Below, piece after piece: positions 49,077-57,462 of a stretch of 64,000 nt of DNA. The stretch comes from a virus, in UHGV virus genome UHGV-0197549. One strand, written 5' to 3'. The notes under the pieces are model-generated. The model was not told the origin of the DNA, did not search any database, and was given only the letters and a program-made list of their open reading frames with translations. A program made the translations under genes and the position numbers. How positions within the stretch are numbered: the stretch's first letter is position 1; the number at the start of each line of letters is the position of its first letter.

Positions 49077-50794
49077 AAGAACTAATCAAATGGCTGGAAG
49101 CCAACAAAATCAAGTATCGACAGATAGACAATGAAGTAGTGGAGATGGAAGGATTGGGAAAGCTCTATGTGGCTGACCTGACGGAGGTGAGATCGGTGTT
49201 CCGGGTGACCGGTGAAGACATCCGGTTCAACCTGATGGAGAGCCCGGAGGTACTGGTTGCCGAGGGGATATTCCATGTGGCGTTCCCGTTCGGGGACAAC
49301 TGGTATTATTATAACCTGACCGAAGGGTTCCGGTTTAATATCCTCAAGTATGCGGGAGTACGGCAGCCTTGTAAAATGCAGGTACCTTTCGCGAATCTGG
49401 GCGTGCATACACCTTTTGAGTTGCTCAACGGTAGCGGAAGCATTGCCGACTGGGTACGGAAAGCGAAGTATCTGGGGCATACGGCACTGGGTATCTGTGA
49501 TAAAAACACAATGGCGGCCACGCTGAATCTACAGAAGGAATGTGCGGCACAGGGAATGAAGCATGTATTCGGATATACGCTGGAAATGGAATACGAAGGG
49601 GAAAAGATAGGGATGAAAGTCTATGCGCAGACACAGCGGGGAATGAGGAACCTGTTGCGCATCCAGAAGGAAATCATGGTGGACTCGGACAACCGGACGC
49701 TATCGCTTCAAGGACTGCTCACCCACGGGGAAGGCAATGTGCTGGTGCTGGGAAAACTCGCTTCCTACTGGATGAAGAAGAACCCGCATATCCTGGGAGC
49801 GATGGGGATTGCATTTGAAAAGGTGTTCTATCAGGTGGATTTGAGCGAATACAAGGCTGAACGTATCGACGTGGAAGTCCTGAAAGCTACCAAGTTCTTT
49901 TTTGATAATTTCTATGACCTACAGACCGGCTCATTTCAGATCGAACCCATTCTGCTTTGTGACACGTATTATCTGGACAAGGACGATGCACGCAACAAGA
50001 TTATCCTCAATAAGATAGCTACCGGGGCGGCCCACCGGCAAAGTGACGACCAGTATTTCAAGGATATAGACGAACACTACGCACTGTTTACTTCTCTCTT
50101 TGACGGGAATAAGTGGGAGCTGGACAGCCTGTTCAGGGGGATGTGCGCCCATACGGTAGAAATTGCCGAGGGGGCGGTTGCCCGTTATGAGACGGACAGG
50201 AACTTCATGCCGCAGTACGATATGACTGACAAGGAAAAACAGAGGTACGGTAACAGGCACCGGATGTTCCTTGAGTTGCTGGAGGAAGGATTCAGAAAGC
50301 TGGTTCCCGCCGGACAGGAAGATGAGTATCGCAAACGGCTGGACTACGAGGTGTATATCCTTGAATCCACCAATAATGTGGACTACATTCTGAATCAGTA
50401 TGATACGGTGAACTGGGCACGGGAGAACGGTATTCTTGTGGGCTGTGGCCGTGGTTCGGCGGGCGGTTCACTGGTACTCTACCTGCTGGGTATCACACTC
50501 ATTGACCCGATTAAATACGATTTGATTTTCGAGCGTTTCCTGCTGCCTGAACGTGCGGGGCTTTATCCGGATGAGGTGACGATCATTGTTGGCGGACTGG
50601 AATCCACAAAGATCGTGCATGTCACCTTAGCCAATGGCAAAGAGTATGTCTTTGACAAGGACGCCAAGTTCCGGGTGATGCGGGAAGGACGCAGCATGAT
50701 AGTCTATGCCGACGAGTTGAAGCTGGGCGATGACATCATCTTTGATAACAGGGATTTGGTATGGACACTTAATGAGACGGTTTATGGTTGTTAA
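49073..50794 (+). CDS. dnaE: DNA polymerase III alpha (DnaE) N-terminal part: PHP + palm start
   Basis: 573 aa; PHP motifs (VHTPFELLNGSGSIADWV...); GCGRGSAGGSLVLYLLGITLIDPIKYDLIFERFLLPER = DnaE signature; then ~77 extra aa and stop. Confidence 0.8.
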   Translation: MKELIKWLEANKIKYRQIDNEVVEMEGLGKLYVADLTEVRSVFRVTGEDIRFNLMESPEVLVAEGIFHVAFPFGDNWYYYNLTEGFRFNILKYAGVRQPCKMQVPFANLGVHTPFELLNGSGSIADWVRKAKYLGHTALGICDKNTMAATLNLQKECAAQGMKHVFGYTLEMEYEGEKIGMKVYAQTQRGMRNLLRIQKEIMVDSDNRTLSLQGLLTHGEGNVLVLGKLASYWMKKNPHILGAMGIAFEKVFYQVDLSEYKAERIDVEVLKATKFFFDNFYDLQTGSFQIEPILLCDTYYLDKDDARNKIILNKIATGAAHRQSDDQYFKDIDEHYALFTSLFDGNKWELDSLFRGMCAHTVEIAEGAVARYETDRNFMPQYDMTDKEKQRYGNRHRMFLELLEEGFRKLVPAGQEDEYRKRLDYEVYILESTNNVDYILNQYDTVNWARENGILVGCGRGSAGGSLVLYLLGITLIDPIKYDLIFERFLLPERAGLYPDEVTIIVGGLESTKIVHVTLANGKEYVFDKDAKFRVMREGRSMIVYADELKLGDDIIFDNRDLVWTLNETVYGC

Positions 50795-53012
50795 GAGTGT
50801 GGAATTTAAACAGACACAGATACCGGTTCAGGCTTTGGATTGCCTGACCGGTAACGGGTTCAGACAAGGAGACGGCGGAAGTCTACCGGATATTGATACC
50901 GACTTCGCTTCGAACAGGCGTCAGGAAGTAAAGGAATACCTGGAGCGTCGTTATAATATGAACGGAAAACAGCGTGTCTTCTCTGCCGGGACTTACTCGA
51001 CAATGAAACTGAAAGCTGCAATAAAAGACGTGTGCAGGGTATATAAAGTCCCTGTCAGTTATGTGAATTATATTACCGCCATTTTCGAGGATGACAACAT
51101 GAGTTGGACAGACCTGTTCATGTTTGCGACAACCAATAAGAAAGTAAACAAGTTCGTACAGGATTACCCGCAGGTGATTGAGGACATACGGGGACTGATG
51201 GGGCAACCGCGTTCGGCTTCCGTACATGCTTCGGCAATCATTGTTACACCGAACTCAAAGGACGGTGAGGATATGGAGTGCTTCGATTTTACTCCCATCA
51301 AGAAGGTGGACGATATTCTGGTATCGGAACTGGACGGGTATTCCATTGATGAAACGGGATTGTTGAAGAATGACTGTTTGGGCATCAAGGAACTTGCCAA
51401 GATACAGTCGGTCATAGATGAAAGTAACCGTGTGTATAATGCAGGCATCTCTTTTGAAGGGCTCGTCCGCAGCGGACTGGATGATGAGAAAACCTACCGG
51501 ATACTCGCCAAAGGGTACACCCAGAACGTTTTCCAGTTCAGCTCCGCAGGAATGACCAAGTTCCTGATGGATATGCAACCGGACTGCATCAATGATTTGA
51601 TTGCCGCCAATGCCTTGTATCGTCCGGCTACACTGGAATCGGGTTCTACTCAAAAGTATTTGGATTGTAAAAGAGGTGAAGTGGCTCCCGTATATCTGTG
51701 GGGAACTTATAATGCGCTAAAAGGTACGTACGGGCAATTAACATATCAGGAAGACCTGGCGCAAATGGCGAGGGAAATAGGTGGCTTTTCATTGGGAGAA
51801 GGTGTAAATCTCGTTAAGTATATATCAAAAAAGAAAGTCGAAAAAATTCATGCAATGAGGGATAAGTTTATGTCGGGAGCTCACGAAAAGGGATGCCCGA
51901 AAGAAGACGCAGACCTCATTTGGGATATGATTGAGGCGGGCGGTTCCTATATTTTTAACAAATCGCACGCAACGGCTTATGCCATCACATCGTATGTAGG
52001 TGCCTGGCTGAAAGCCAATTACCCGACTGCCTTCTACACCATCGCCCTGCAATGGGCGGATGACAAGGAACTCCCGCTTATCATGTCGGAAATGGAAGAA
52101 TGCAGTTCTGCCAAGGTGGTGCCGCCCGATATTAACACCTCAGCCGAAAAGTTCTTCACGGATTACCGGACGAATGAAATCTTCTGGTCGCTGGGTAAGA
52201 TAAAGATACTGGGAACCAAAGCGGTGCAATACATCATTGACGAGCGCACCAAAGGCGGTCCGTTTAAATCAATCGAGAACTTTATACACCGTATATTCAA
52301 ATACAAGCTGAAAAAGTACGAATACTGGGATGATGCGGATAATGAGCAGGAGGCCGTTAGGGTTCCCGTCAATGCACGTCACGTAAAGAACCTGATTCTT
52401 GCCGGTTGCTTCGATAAGGTAAGCAATATCAGTGCCGTTGTGGAAAGGTATTCGATACTGGATAAGGCGGCTACGGAACTGGGATTCAAGATTCCCACCG
52501 GTGACTATCCCGACCACCTGATTAACCAGCATTACTTCTGGAGTATGCAGCAGATCGAGGTCTGTGGCATCGGGCGGATTGACTACAAGCGGATATATGA
52601 TAACTCCTATTGCCGCCACCAGTTCAAAGGGCGGGCATCCTATTCTACCGTACATAACGCGCTCCTGTCCGGAAGCGAAGGAAAGAAGGTCGCCCTTTGC
52701 GCGACTGTTACGGAAATGGAGGAAATCTCCTACAAGGACAAAAAGACGGGAGAAAGGAAGCACCTCTGCAAACTGCATCTCCAACAGAACAACGACCTGA
52801 TAAAGCTCGTATGCTGGAATGACTTCTACATAGAGAATAAAACGGAACTCCAGGATATAAAAGGTAAGATTGTCATCGTATCGGCAATCGTCAAGTACAA
52901 TGACTACAGCGGAGGCAACAGCCTGAATACCTACAAGACTTCCCGGCTATTCACACTTAACCAATCATCAGAAAATCAAATAAACCAAGAAGATGGCAGC
53001 ACCAAAAAATGA
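50730..53012 (+). CDS. dnaE: DNA polymerase III alpha (DnaE) C-terminal part
   Basis: 760 aa in +1 frame; LPDIDTDFASNRRQEVKEYLERRY continues the DnaE motif (..PDIDTDF...); frame closed upstream by TGA 50718-50720. Confidence 0.8.
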   Translation: MTSSLITGIWYGHLMRRFMVVKSVEFKQTQIPVQALDCLTGNGFRQGDGGSLPDIDTDFASNRRQEVKEYLERRYNMNGKQRVFSAGTYSTMKLKAAIKDVCRVYKVPVSYVNYITAIFEDDNMSWTDLFMFATTNKKVNKFVQDYPQVIEDIRGLMGQPRSASVHASAIIVTPNSKDGEDMECFDFTPIKKVDDILVSELDGYSIDETGLLKNDCLGIKELAKIQSVIDESNRVYNAGISFEGLVRSGLDDEKTYRILAKGYTQNVFQFSSAGMTKFLMDMQPDCINDLIAANALYRPATLESGSTQKYLDCKRGEVAPVYLWGTYNALKGTYGQLTYQEDLAQMAREIGGFSLGEGVNLVKYISKKKVEKIHAMRDKFMSGAHEKGCPKEDADLIWDMIEAGGSYIFNKSHATAYAITSYVGAWLKANYPTAFYTIALQWADDKELPLIMSEMEECSSAKVVPPDINTSAEKFFTDYRTNEIFWSLGKIKILGTKAVQYIIDERTKGGPFKSIENFIHRIFKYKLKKYEYWDDADNEQEAVRVPVNARHVKNLILAGCFDKVSNISAVVERYSILDKAATELGFKIPTGDYPDHLINQHYFWSMQQIEVCGIGRIDYKRIYDNSYCRHQFKGRASYSTVHNALLSGSEGKKVALCATVTEMEEISYKDKKTGERKHLCKLHLQQNNDLIKLVCWNDFYIENKTELQDIKGKIVIVSAIVKYNDYSGGNSLNTYKTSRLFTLNQSSENQINQEDGSTKK

Positions 53013-53763
53013 ACCTAAGATATATACAGGCATCGGACTGGACTTCGAGACGTCCGGGCTGGATTGTGTGAAACATGCCTGTACCCAGTTGGCTATGCAG
53101 GCAGTACGTTTCGACACGTGGGAAATATTCGACAGCTATGTGAAATATTTCAAGCCGTATCCGAAGCAGGACATCGGCGGGACACCTAAACGTAAGGTTC
53201 TCCGAACCAAGCAGGAACTGGAACAGGAAGAGCTCAAGCTGATGGAATACCAAACAGAAGCGCTTACTTATTCAGGAATCACCATGGACACCTTATATAA
53301 TCAGGGTGTAGACTTGAAAGAGATTGCCCGTGACGTCATAGACTTCGGAAAGAAGGCGACCCTTACTAATGGCAGACAGACCAAGCCTGTACTTATCGGG
53401 CAGAATATCACCTTCGATATCGGCTTCGTTCAGCAACTCATGTGCTATGCCGGACTGATGAAGGAGTTTGAGAAGGTCTTTGCCGGAAGCTATGATTTCC
53501 ACGGGAACTTTCAGCCTAAATACATTGATACCATTGATTTAGGACGGCTTGCCCTTGCGAATGACCCGACAATGACATCCTACAAGCTTGAACTGATTGC
53601 CGGGCGGTTGGGCATCGAGCTGGATGATGCGCATGATGCGGGCGCGGATGTCACAGCGACCTTGAACGTGGCTATCGTTTGCTCCAACCGGCTAAGGAAT
53701 AACAACGGCACCGGGGCGAATCTTCAGAGAGCGGAAAAAACACGGTTACACTTTAAAATCTAA
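52993..53763 (+). CDS. DnaQ-like 3'-5' proofreading exonuclease
   Basis: 256 aa; ExoI GLDFETSGLD, ExoII LIGQNITFDIGF, ExoIII AHDAGADV (H.A..D). Confidence 0.75.
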   Translation: MAAPKNEPKIYTGIGLDFETSGLDCVKHACTQLAMQAVRFDTWEIFDSYVKYFKPYPKQDIGGTPKRKVLRTKQELEQEELKLMEYQTEALTYSGITMDTLYNQGVDLKEIARDVIDFGKKATLTNGRQTKPVLIGQNITFDIGFVQQLMCYAGLMKEFEKVFAGSYDFHGNFQPKYIDTIDLGRLALANDPTMTSYKLELIAGRLGIELDDAHDAGADVTATLNVAIVCSNRLRNNNGTGANLQRAEKTRLHFKI

Positions 53764-53766
53764 GCG

Positions 53767-54024
53767 ATGGAAGAGGAAGAAAAGACGGTTTCATTCAAGC
53801 CGTCGGAAAAAATGTTGTATGGCGTGCTGAATTATGACGGCAACGAACTGATGGCGACCATATCGGGGTATGACCTCTCTATCTCATTCAATATGAGGGT
53901 TATAAACTCTCTATCGGATGCAGAAAGTTGTGCAGACGCTTTGGCGAATGTCTTTTATGAAGCACTAATGGAACAATTAGCTGAAAAAAAATCTGCAATT
54001 TTTCAACCTAAACAGAACCAATGA
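53767..54024 (+). CDS. hypothetical protein
   Basis: 85 aa. Confidence 0.35.
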   Translation: MEEEEKTVSFKPSEKMLYGVLNYDGNELMATISGYDLSISFNMRVINSLSDAESCADALANVFYEALMEQLAEKKSAIFQPKQNQ

Positions 54025-54088
54025 CCCCTATACCTTGATAAAGCACCGAAGTTCGGACTTATGCGCCGGACTTCTTACTCGAAACATA

Positions 54089-54592
54089 ATGGAAAAAGAA
54101 ACTAAAAAACTACCACTGACTGCACAGGAAGAACAGCTTTGCCAGCTTTTCATAAACGGGGGCATGAAGTTCGCCGGAAAACGCACTCCCTGTTACCGGG
54201 AAGTCTTCAAGGATGAATCGCCCAAAGCGTACGCAGCAGCATACAAGGTGTTTGCCCGCCCGCAGGTAATGGCACGCATCAAGGAGCTGGTGCAGGAAGT
54301 GGACAATGAAACAGAAACGCTTGCCATGAAGCTCCAGATTACCGAGACACTGAAAGCGGTGATGGAAGAAACGGCAGACGCTTCGTATACGGACAAGTTC
54401 GGAATCAAACTCTCACCGGCTCCTTTACGGGCGGTATCCGTCAATGCGGCAAGAACACTGATGGATATTTATCCGGTCAGGCACTCCGCTGATTCAAAAG
54501 GTAAGAATGAGGTGAGCAGCGGAGTGACGTTCAATGTCATCGTTCCGGTGCCGGTACAAATAACAAAGGAGGAAGACGGAGATGAAACTTGA
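54089..54592 (+). CDS. terS: terminase small subunit (tentative)
   Basis: ~167 aa from ATG 54089; LTAQEEQLCQLFINGG...AAAYKVFARPQVMARIKEL fits the LT.KQE.FC.EY ... A..LL....V.A.I.EL pattern of Terminase_2-type small subunits. Confidence 0.45.
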   Translation: MEKETKKLPLTAQEEQLCQLFINGGMKFAGKRTPCYREVFKDESPKAYAAAYKVFARPQVMARIKELVQEVDNETETLAMKLQITETLKAVMEETADASYTDKFGIKLSPAPLRAVSVNAARTLMDIYPVRHSADSKGKNEVSSGVTFNVIVPVPVQITKEEDGDET

Positions 54593-54734
54593 CCGTAGAA
54601 AAGTACAATGGACGGTCTATCTGATTCTGCTGATCGGGCTTGTTATCTATGGCTTGCGGGATTCGGAGGGGGCGGAAAGGCTTATCCGAGCCATCACAGA
54701 CGCATTTGCTATTTTATTCAATAACTCAACCTAA
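54582..54734 (+). CDS. small single-TM protein (holin candidate), not in ORF track
   Basis: 50 aa MKLDRRKVQWTVYLILLIGLVIYGLRDSEGAERLIRAITDAFAILFNNST; ATGA overlap with terS-like gene; immediately upstream of lysis genes. Confidence 0.3.
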   Translation: MKLDRRKVQWTVYLILLIGLVIYGLRDSEGAERLIRAITDAFAILFNNST

Positions 54735-54741
54735 CCTAAAC
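54727..54741 (+). promoter_or_regulatory. upstream motif instance CAACCTAACCTAAAC
   Basis: recurrent motif immediately upstream of ATG 54744. Confidence 0.3.
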
Positions 54742-54743
54742 TG

Positions 54744-55034
54744 ATGACACAACTAAGAGAATTTGTACTTAACAACTTCAAGACGCTGGCTATCGTGCTC
54801 TCATTCGCAGTGACAATGTACGTGCAGCACGTAACCAACATTCAAAGGATTAATGAATTGACACTCAGGTGCTCGTCGCTGGAACTCAAGATTGAAGACC
54901 AGTACGAGAAGATAGATGCCATCAAACTTGACAAGGCTGTCTTTGAGGCCACGATGACACAGTTTACATCCATGCGCTCTGACCTGAGAGAAATGCGCAC
55001 GGATATTAAGGAACTACTAAAAAGCATGAGATGA
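54744..55034 (+). CDS. membrane/coiled-coil protein (holin or spanin-like)
   Basis: 96 aa; one TM (TLAIVLSFAVTMYV) then coiled coil; ATGA overlap with lysozyme gene. Confidence 0.4.
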   Translation: MTQLREFVLNNFKTLAIVLSFAVTMYVQHVTNIQRINELTLRCSSLELKIEDQYEKIDAIKLDKAVFEATMTQFTSMRSDLREMRTDIKELLKSMR

Positions 55035-55489
55035 AAATTTGGATTGCAACAGCCTGTCTCTTTTTCTCCCTTCAGGCAACCCCCGATAATTTATTCGAGG
55101 ATGCTGTACGGCTGATTAAAAAGTACGAAGGTTGGCACCATGCACGCGACCAGCCTTATGTGGGCTACGGACACCGGTTATTGCCGACTGACACCTTTAA
55201 CTCTGATATATCGGAAAGTTTCGCAGATTCGCTTCTGCGCAGTGACCTGAAAAAGAAATGTGCTGTATTCCGGCACTTTGGGGCTGACTCCCTTTTACTT
55301 GGAGTGCTTGCCTTTAATGTCGGGGAGAGTAAGGTTCTTCGCAGTAAACTGGTTCGGAAGCTGGAAGCGGGTGACCGGAATATCAAAGGAGAGTATCTGT
55401 CTTTCAGGATGTACAAGGGCAAGGTCGTCCGGTCTTTGGAACGAAGACGGGAAGAAGAATATGAATTACTAAAATCAAATATCGAATAA
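55031..55489 (+). CDS. endolysin, GH24 (T4-lysozyme-like), with N-terminal signal/SAR-like segment
   Basis: 152 aa; MKIWIATACLFFSLQA hydrophobic N-term; LIKKYEGWHHARDQPYVGYGHRLLPT = Glu-8aa-Asp-5aa-Thr catalytic triad spacing of T4 lysozyme family. Confidence 0.7.
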   Translation: MKIWIATACLFFSLQATPDNLFEDAVRLIKKYEGWHHARDQPYVGYGHRLLPTDTFNSDISESFADSLLRSDLKKKCAVFRHFGADSLLLGVLAFNVGESKVLRSKLVRKLEAGDRNIKGEYLSFRMYKGKVVRSLERRREEEYELLKSNIE

Positions 55490-55490
55490 T

Positions 55491-56198
55491 ATGTCTGAAC
55501 TTATAAAAATTATCGAAAAAGAAGACGGCAGAAGAGCTGTATCAGCAAGAGAACTGCATCTGTTTTTAGAGAGCAAGCGAGACTTCTCACACTGGATGAA
55601 AGATCGTATCGTAAAATATGGTTTAATAGAAAATATTGATTATCAAGCTTTACACTATGACTACCTTGGTAACTTATTGAATATCAGACGTGACAAATTT
55701 GGCGAGTCTGAAAATCAGCATGTTAGTAAAATTGAATATGTGCTTTCAATTGATGCAGCCAAAGAGCTTTCAATGGTAGAGGGTAATGAAAAAGGTAAAG
55801 AAGCCCGCAGATATTTTATCACTTGTGAAAAGATTGCTCTTGAGAAAAAAGCATCTTATTCTCCGGCTGAACTTTTGCTACATTCTGCCCAGATTCTCTT
55901 GGAACAGGAACGAAGAACAAAAGCTATTGAAAATAAGGTGAATCAAATAGAAGAAAGAACAATTACTGATTTGAAACATAGTACAGTGGTAGCTTATGTA
56001 ACACGAAATAAGATATGCCTTGACTTTAAACGTTATTCAGTTATTGGAGCAAAGGCGAGCAGACTATGTAAGAAACGGGGTCTTCAAATTTCAAAAGTGA
56101 ATGATGTACGTTTCGGAACTGTAAATGTCTATTCAGACGAAATACTCGATGAAGTATTTGCTACTGAAAACAACCAGTTTAAATCTAAAGAAAAATGA
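55491..56198 (+). CDS. antirepressor (AntA/ORF6N-type N-terminal domain)
   Basis: 235 aa; RRAVSARELHLFLESKRDFSHWMKDRIVKYGLIENIDY matches AntA/ORF6N N-terminal domain; GC ~37%. Confidence 0.55.
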   Translation: MSELIKIIEKEDGRRAVSARELHLFLESKRDFSHWMKDRIVKYGLIENIDYQALHYDYLGNLLNIRRDKFGESENQHVSKIEYVLSIDAAKELSMVEGNEKGKEARRYFITCEKIALEKKASYSPAELLLHSAQILLEQERRTKAIENKVNQIEERTITDLKHSTVVAYVTRNKICLDFKRYSVIGAKASRLCKKRGLQISKVNDVRFGTVNVYSDEILDEVFATENNQFKSKEK

Positions 56199-56410
56199 TT
56201 AAAGAAAACGACATCGTAGTAATTAAGCCCTCAGACGAGCTTTCATTAATGAGACTGAATGATCTGGCAGGCAGAGAGGCGACAATCAGACAAGACCTCA
56301 CATCTATCGGACGCCTGAATAAAGGCTATATGGTAGAACTGACTGAACCCTACCTGAATGAAGTAGATTGGTTTATTCCACAGGACTCCATTGATGATGA
56401 TGAAGATTAA
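56195..56410 (+). CDS. hypothetical protein
   Basis: 71 aa, ATGA overlap. Confidence 0.35.
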   Translation: MIKENDIVVIKPSDELSLMRLNDLAGREATIRQDLTSIGRLNKGYMVELTEPYLNEVDWFIPQDSIDDDED

Positions 56411-57005
56411 CCTGAATAAAATTCTTCTCCTGATTGCCCTGGGACTTGGGGTAACAACTTACACCTTATATAACTGGGGCAACAGGATGAAAGAAGAGAG
56501 GAATACCTACCGTAGCAATACACATGCGTTACTTGCGGATGTAGAGCATGTCCGGATGGATTCGGCAATGATGGCATCCACTATTCAGGTTCTCAACCTA
56601 TCACTGGATGAATTTGAAAAGTACCGGGCGGAAGATGCAGCAACCATTAAGAAGATGGGGGTACGCATCAAAGACCTGGAAGCTGCCGGAAGGCACGATG
56701 TGGAAGTCAATGCTCCGGTGGATGCTACAGTGAAAGATACGACAGTCGTCAGAGATACTACAACAATTATTGTAAAGGCGGTGAAGATGGATACGCCATA
56801 CCTTAAACTGAACGGTATCATTGAAGACAATTATCTGAAAGGAAACATCCACTTACCGGTGCATCTGCATCAAGCATTTTGGGTAGAATACAAACACCGC
56901 TTTCTCTGGTGGCGATGGAAAGTAAAAGCAATACACCAGACAATCTCAAGCGACAATCCGTATGTCGAAATTAAGTATACGGAGATCATTAATTTAAAGA
57001 ATTAA
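56391..57005 (+). CDS. membrane-anchored coiled-coil protein
   Basis: 204 aa; N-terminal TM ILLLIALGLGVTTYTLY. Confidence 0.4.
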   Translation: MMMMKINLNKILLLIALGLGVTTYTLYNWGNRMKEERNTYRSNTHALLADVEHVRMDSAMMASTIQVLNLSLDEFEKYRAEDAATIKKMGVRIKDLEAAGRHDVEVNAPVDATVKDTTVVRDTTTIIVKAVKMDTPYLKLNGIIEDNYLKGNIHLPVHLHQAFWVEYKHRFLWWRWKVKAIHQTISSDNPYVEIKYTEIINLKN

Positions 57006-57009
57006 TCTT

Positions 57010-57228
57010 ATGTTATTCAGAAAATCATTCCAAACCCAAATCAACGGTGCAAACCGGGTATTCACAGCAACAGTAGAGAAGTTGAAAAACATTCAGGCGG
57101 ACATCACTGCCAGAGTTGAAAAGAATCACGCTAAAGTTCAGAAGCTAACCAGCGAGAACGAAGAGCTGGAAGACATGAAAGCCAAAGCAGGACGACAAAT
57201 CGAAGAAATCAGTAAATTCATTATCTAA
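57010..57228 (+). CDS. small coiled-coil protein
   Basis: 72 aa. Confidence 0.3.
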   Translation: MLFRKSFQTQINGANRVFTATVEKLKNIQADITARVEKNHAKVQKLTSENEELEDMKAKAGRQIEEISKFII

Positions 57229-57416
57229 TGGCAGAAATAGATTGCTACGAGCACCAGCTATTCGATGCAAGGTGGCTCAACGGTTACAGCATTCCGTACT
57301 ACAATACGCATATCAACAAGTATTACGCCAAGTCCATTTATGATGGTAACATCGTAAAGCGGTCTTATAGTGATACATTGTGGGAACTGAGACGGAAGAT
57401 GAGAAATTACCGATAA
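57228..57416 (+). CDS. small hypothetical protein
   Basis: 62 aa. Confidence 0.3.
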   Translation: MAEIDCYEHQLFDARWLNGYSIPYYNTHINKYYAKSIYDGNIVKRSYSDTLWELRRKMRNYR

Positions 57417-57423
57417 AGGTTTA

Positions 57424-57446
57424 AGGGGCTTCTCAAACAGATGCCC
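57424..57446. terminator. weak hairpin between convergent genes
   Basis: GGGGC-N13-GCCCC; poor U tract. Confidence 0.25.
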
Positions 57447-57462
57447 CATTCTCAATATAGGA

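Noticed and set aside
50540-50800. Canonical intein in the dnaE insertion
   Set aside because: The insert does not begin with Cys/Ser directly after the extein, and I could not find block A/B or terminal HN-type motifs. Only a loose Hint-like flavour remains, so it is reported as an unexplained insertion/frameshift rather than an intein.
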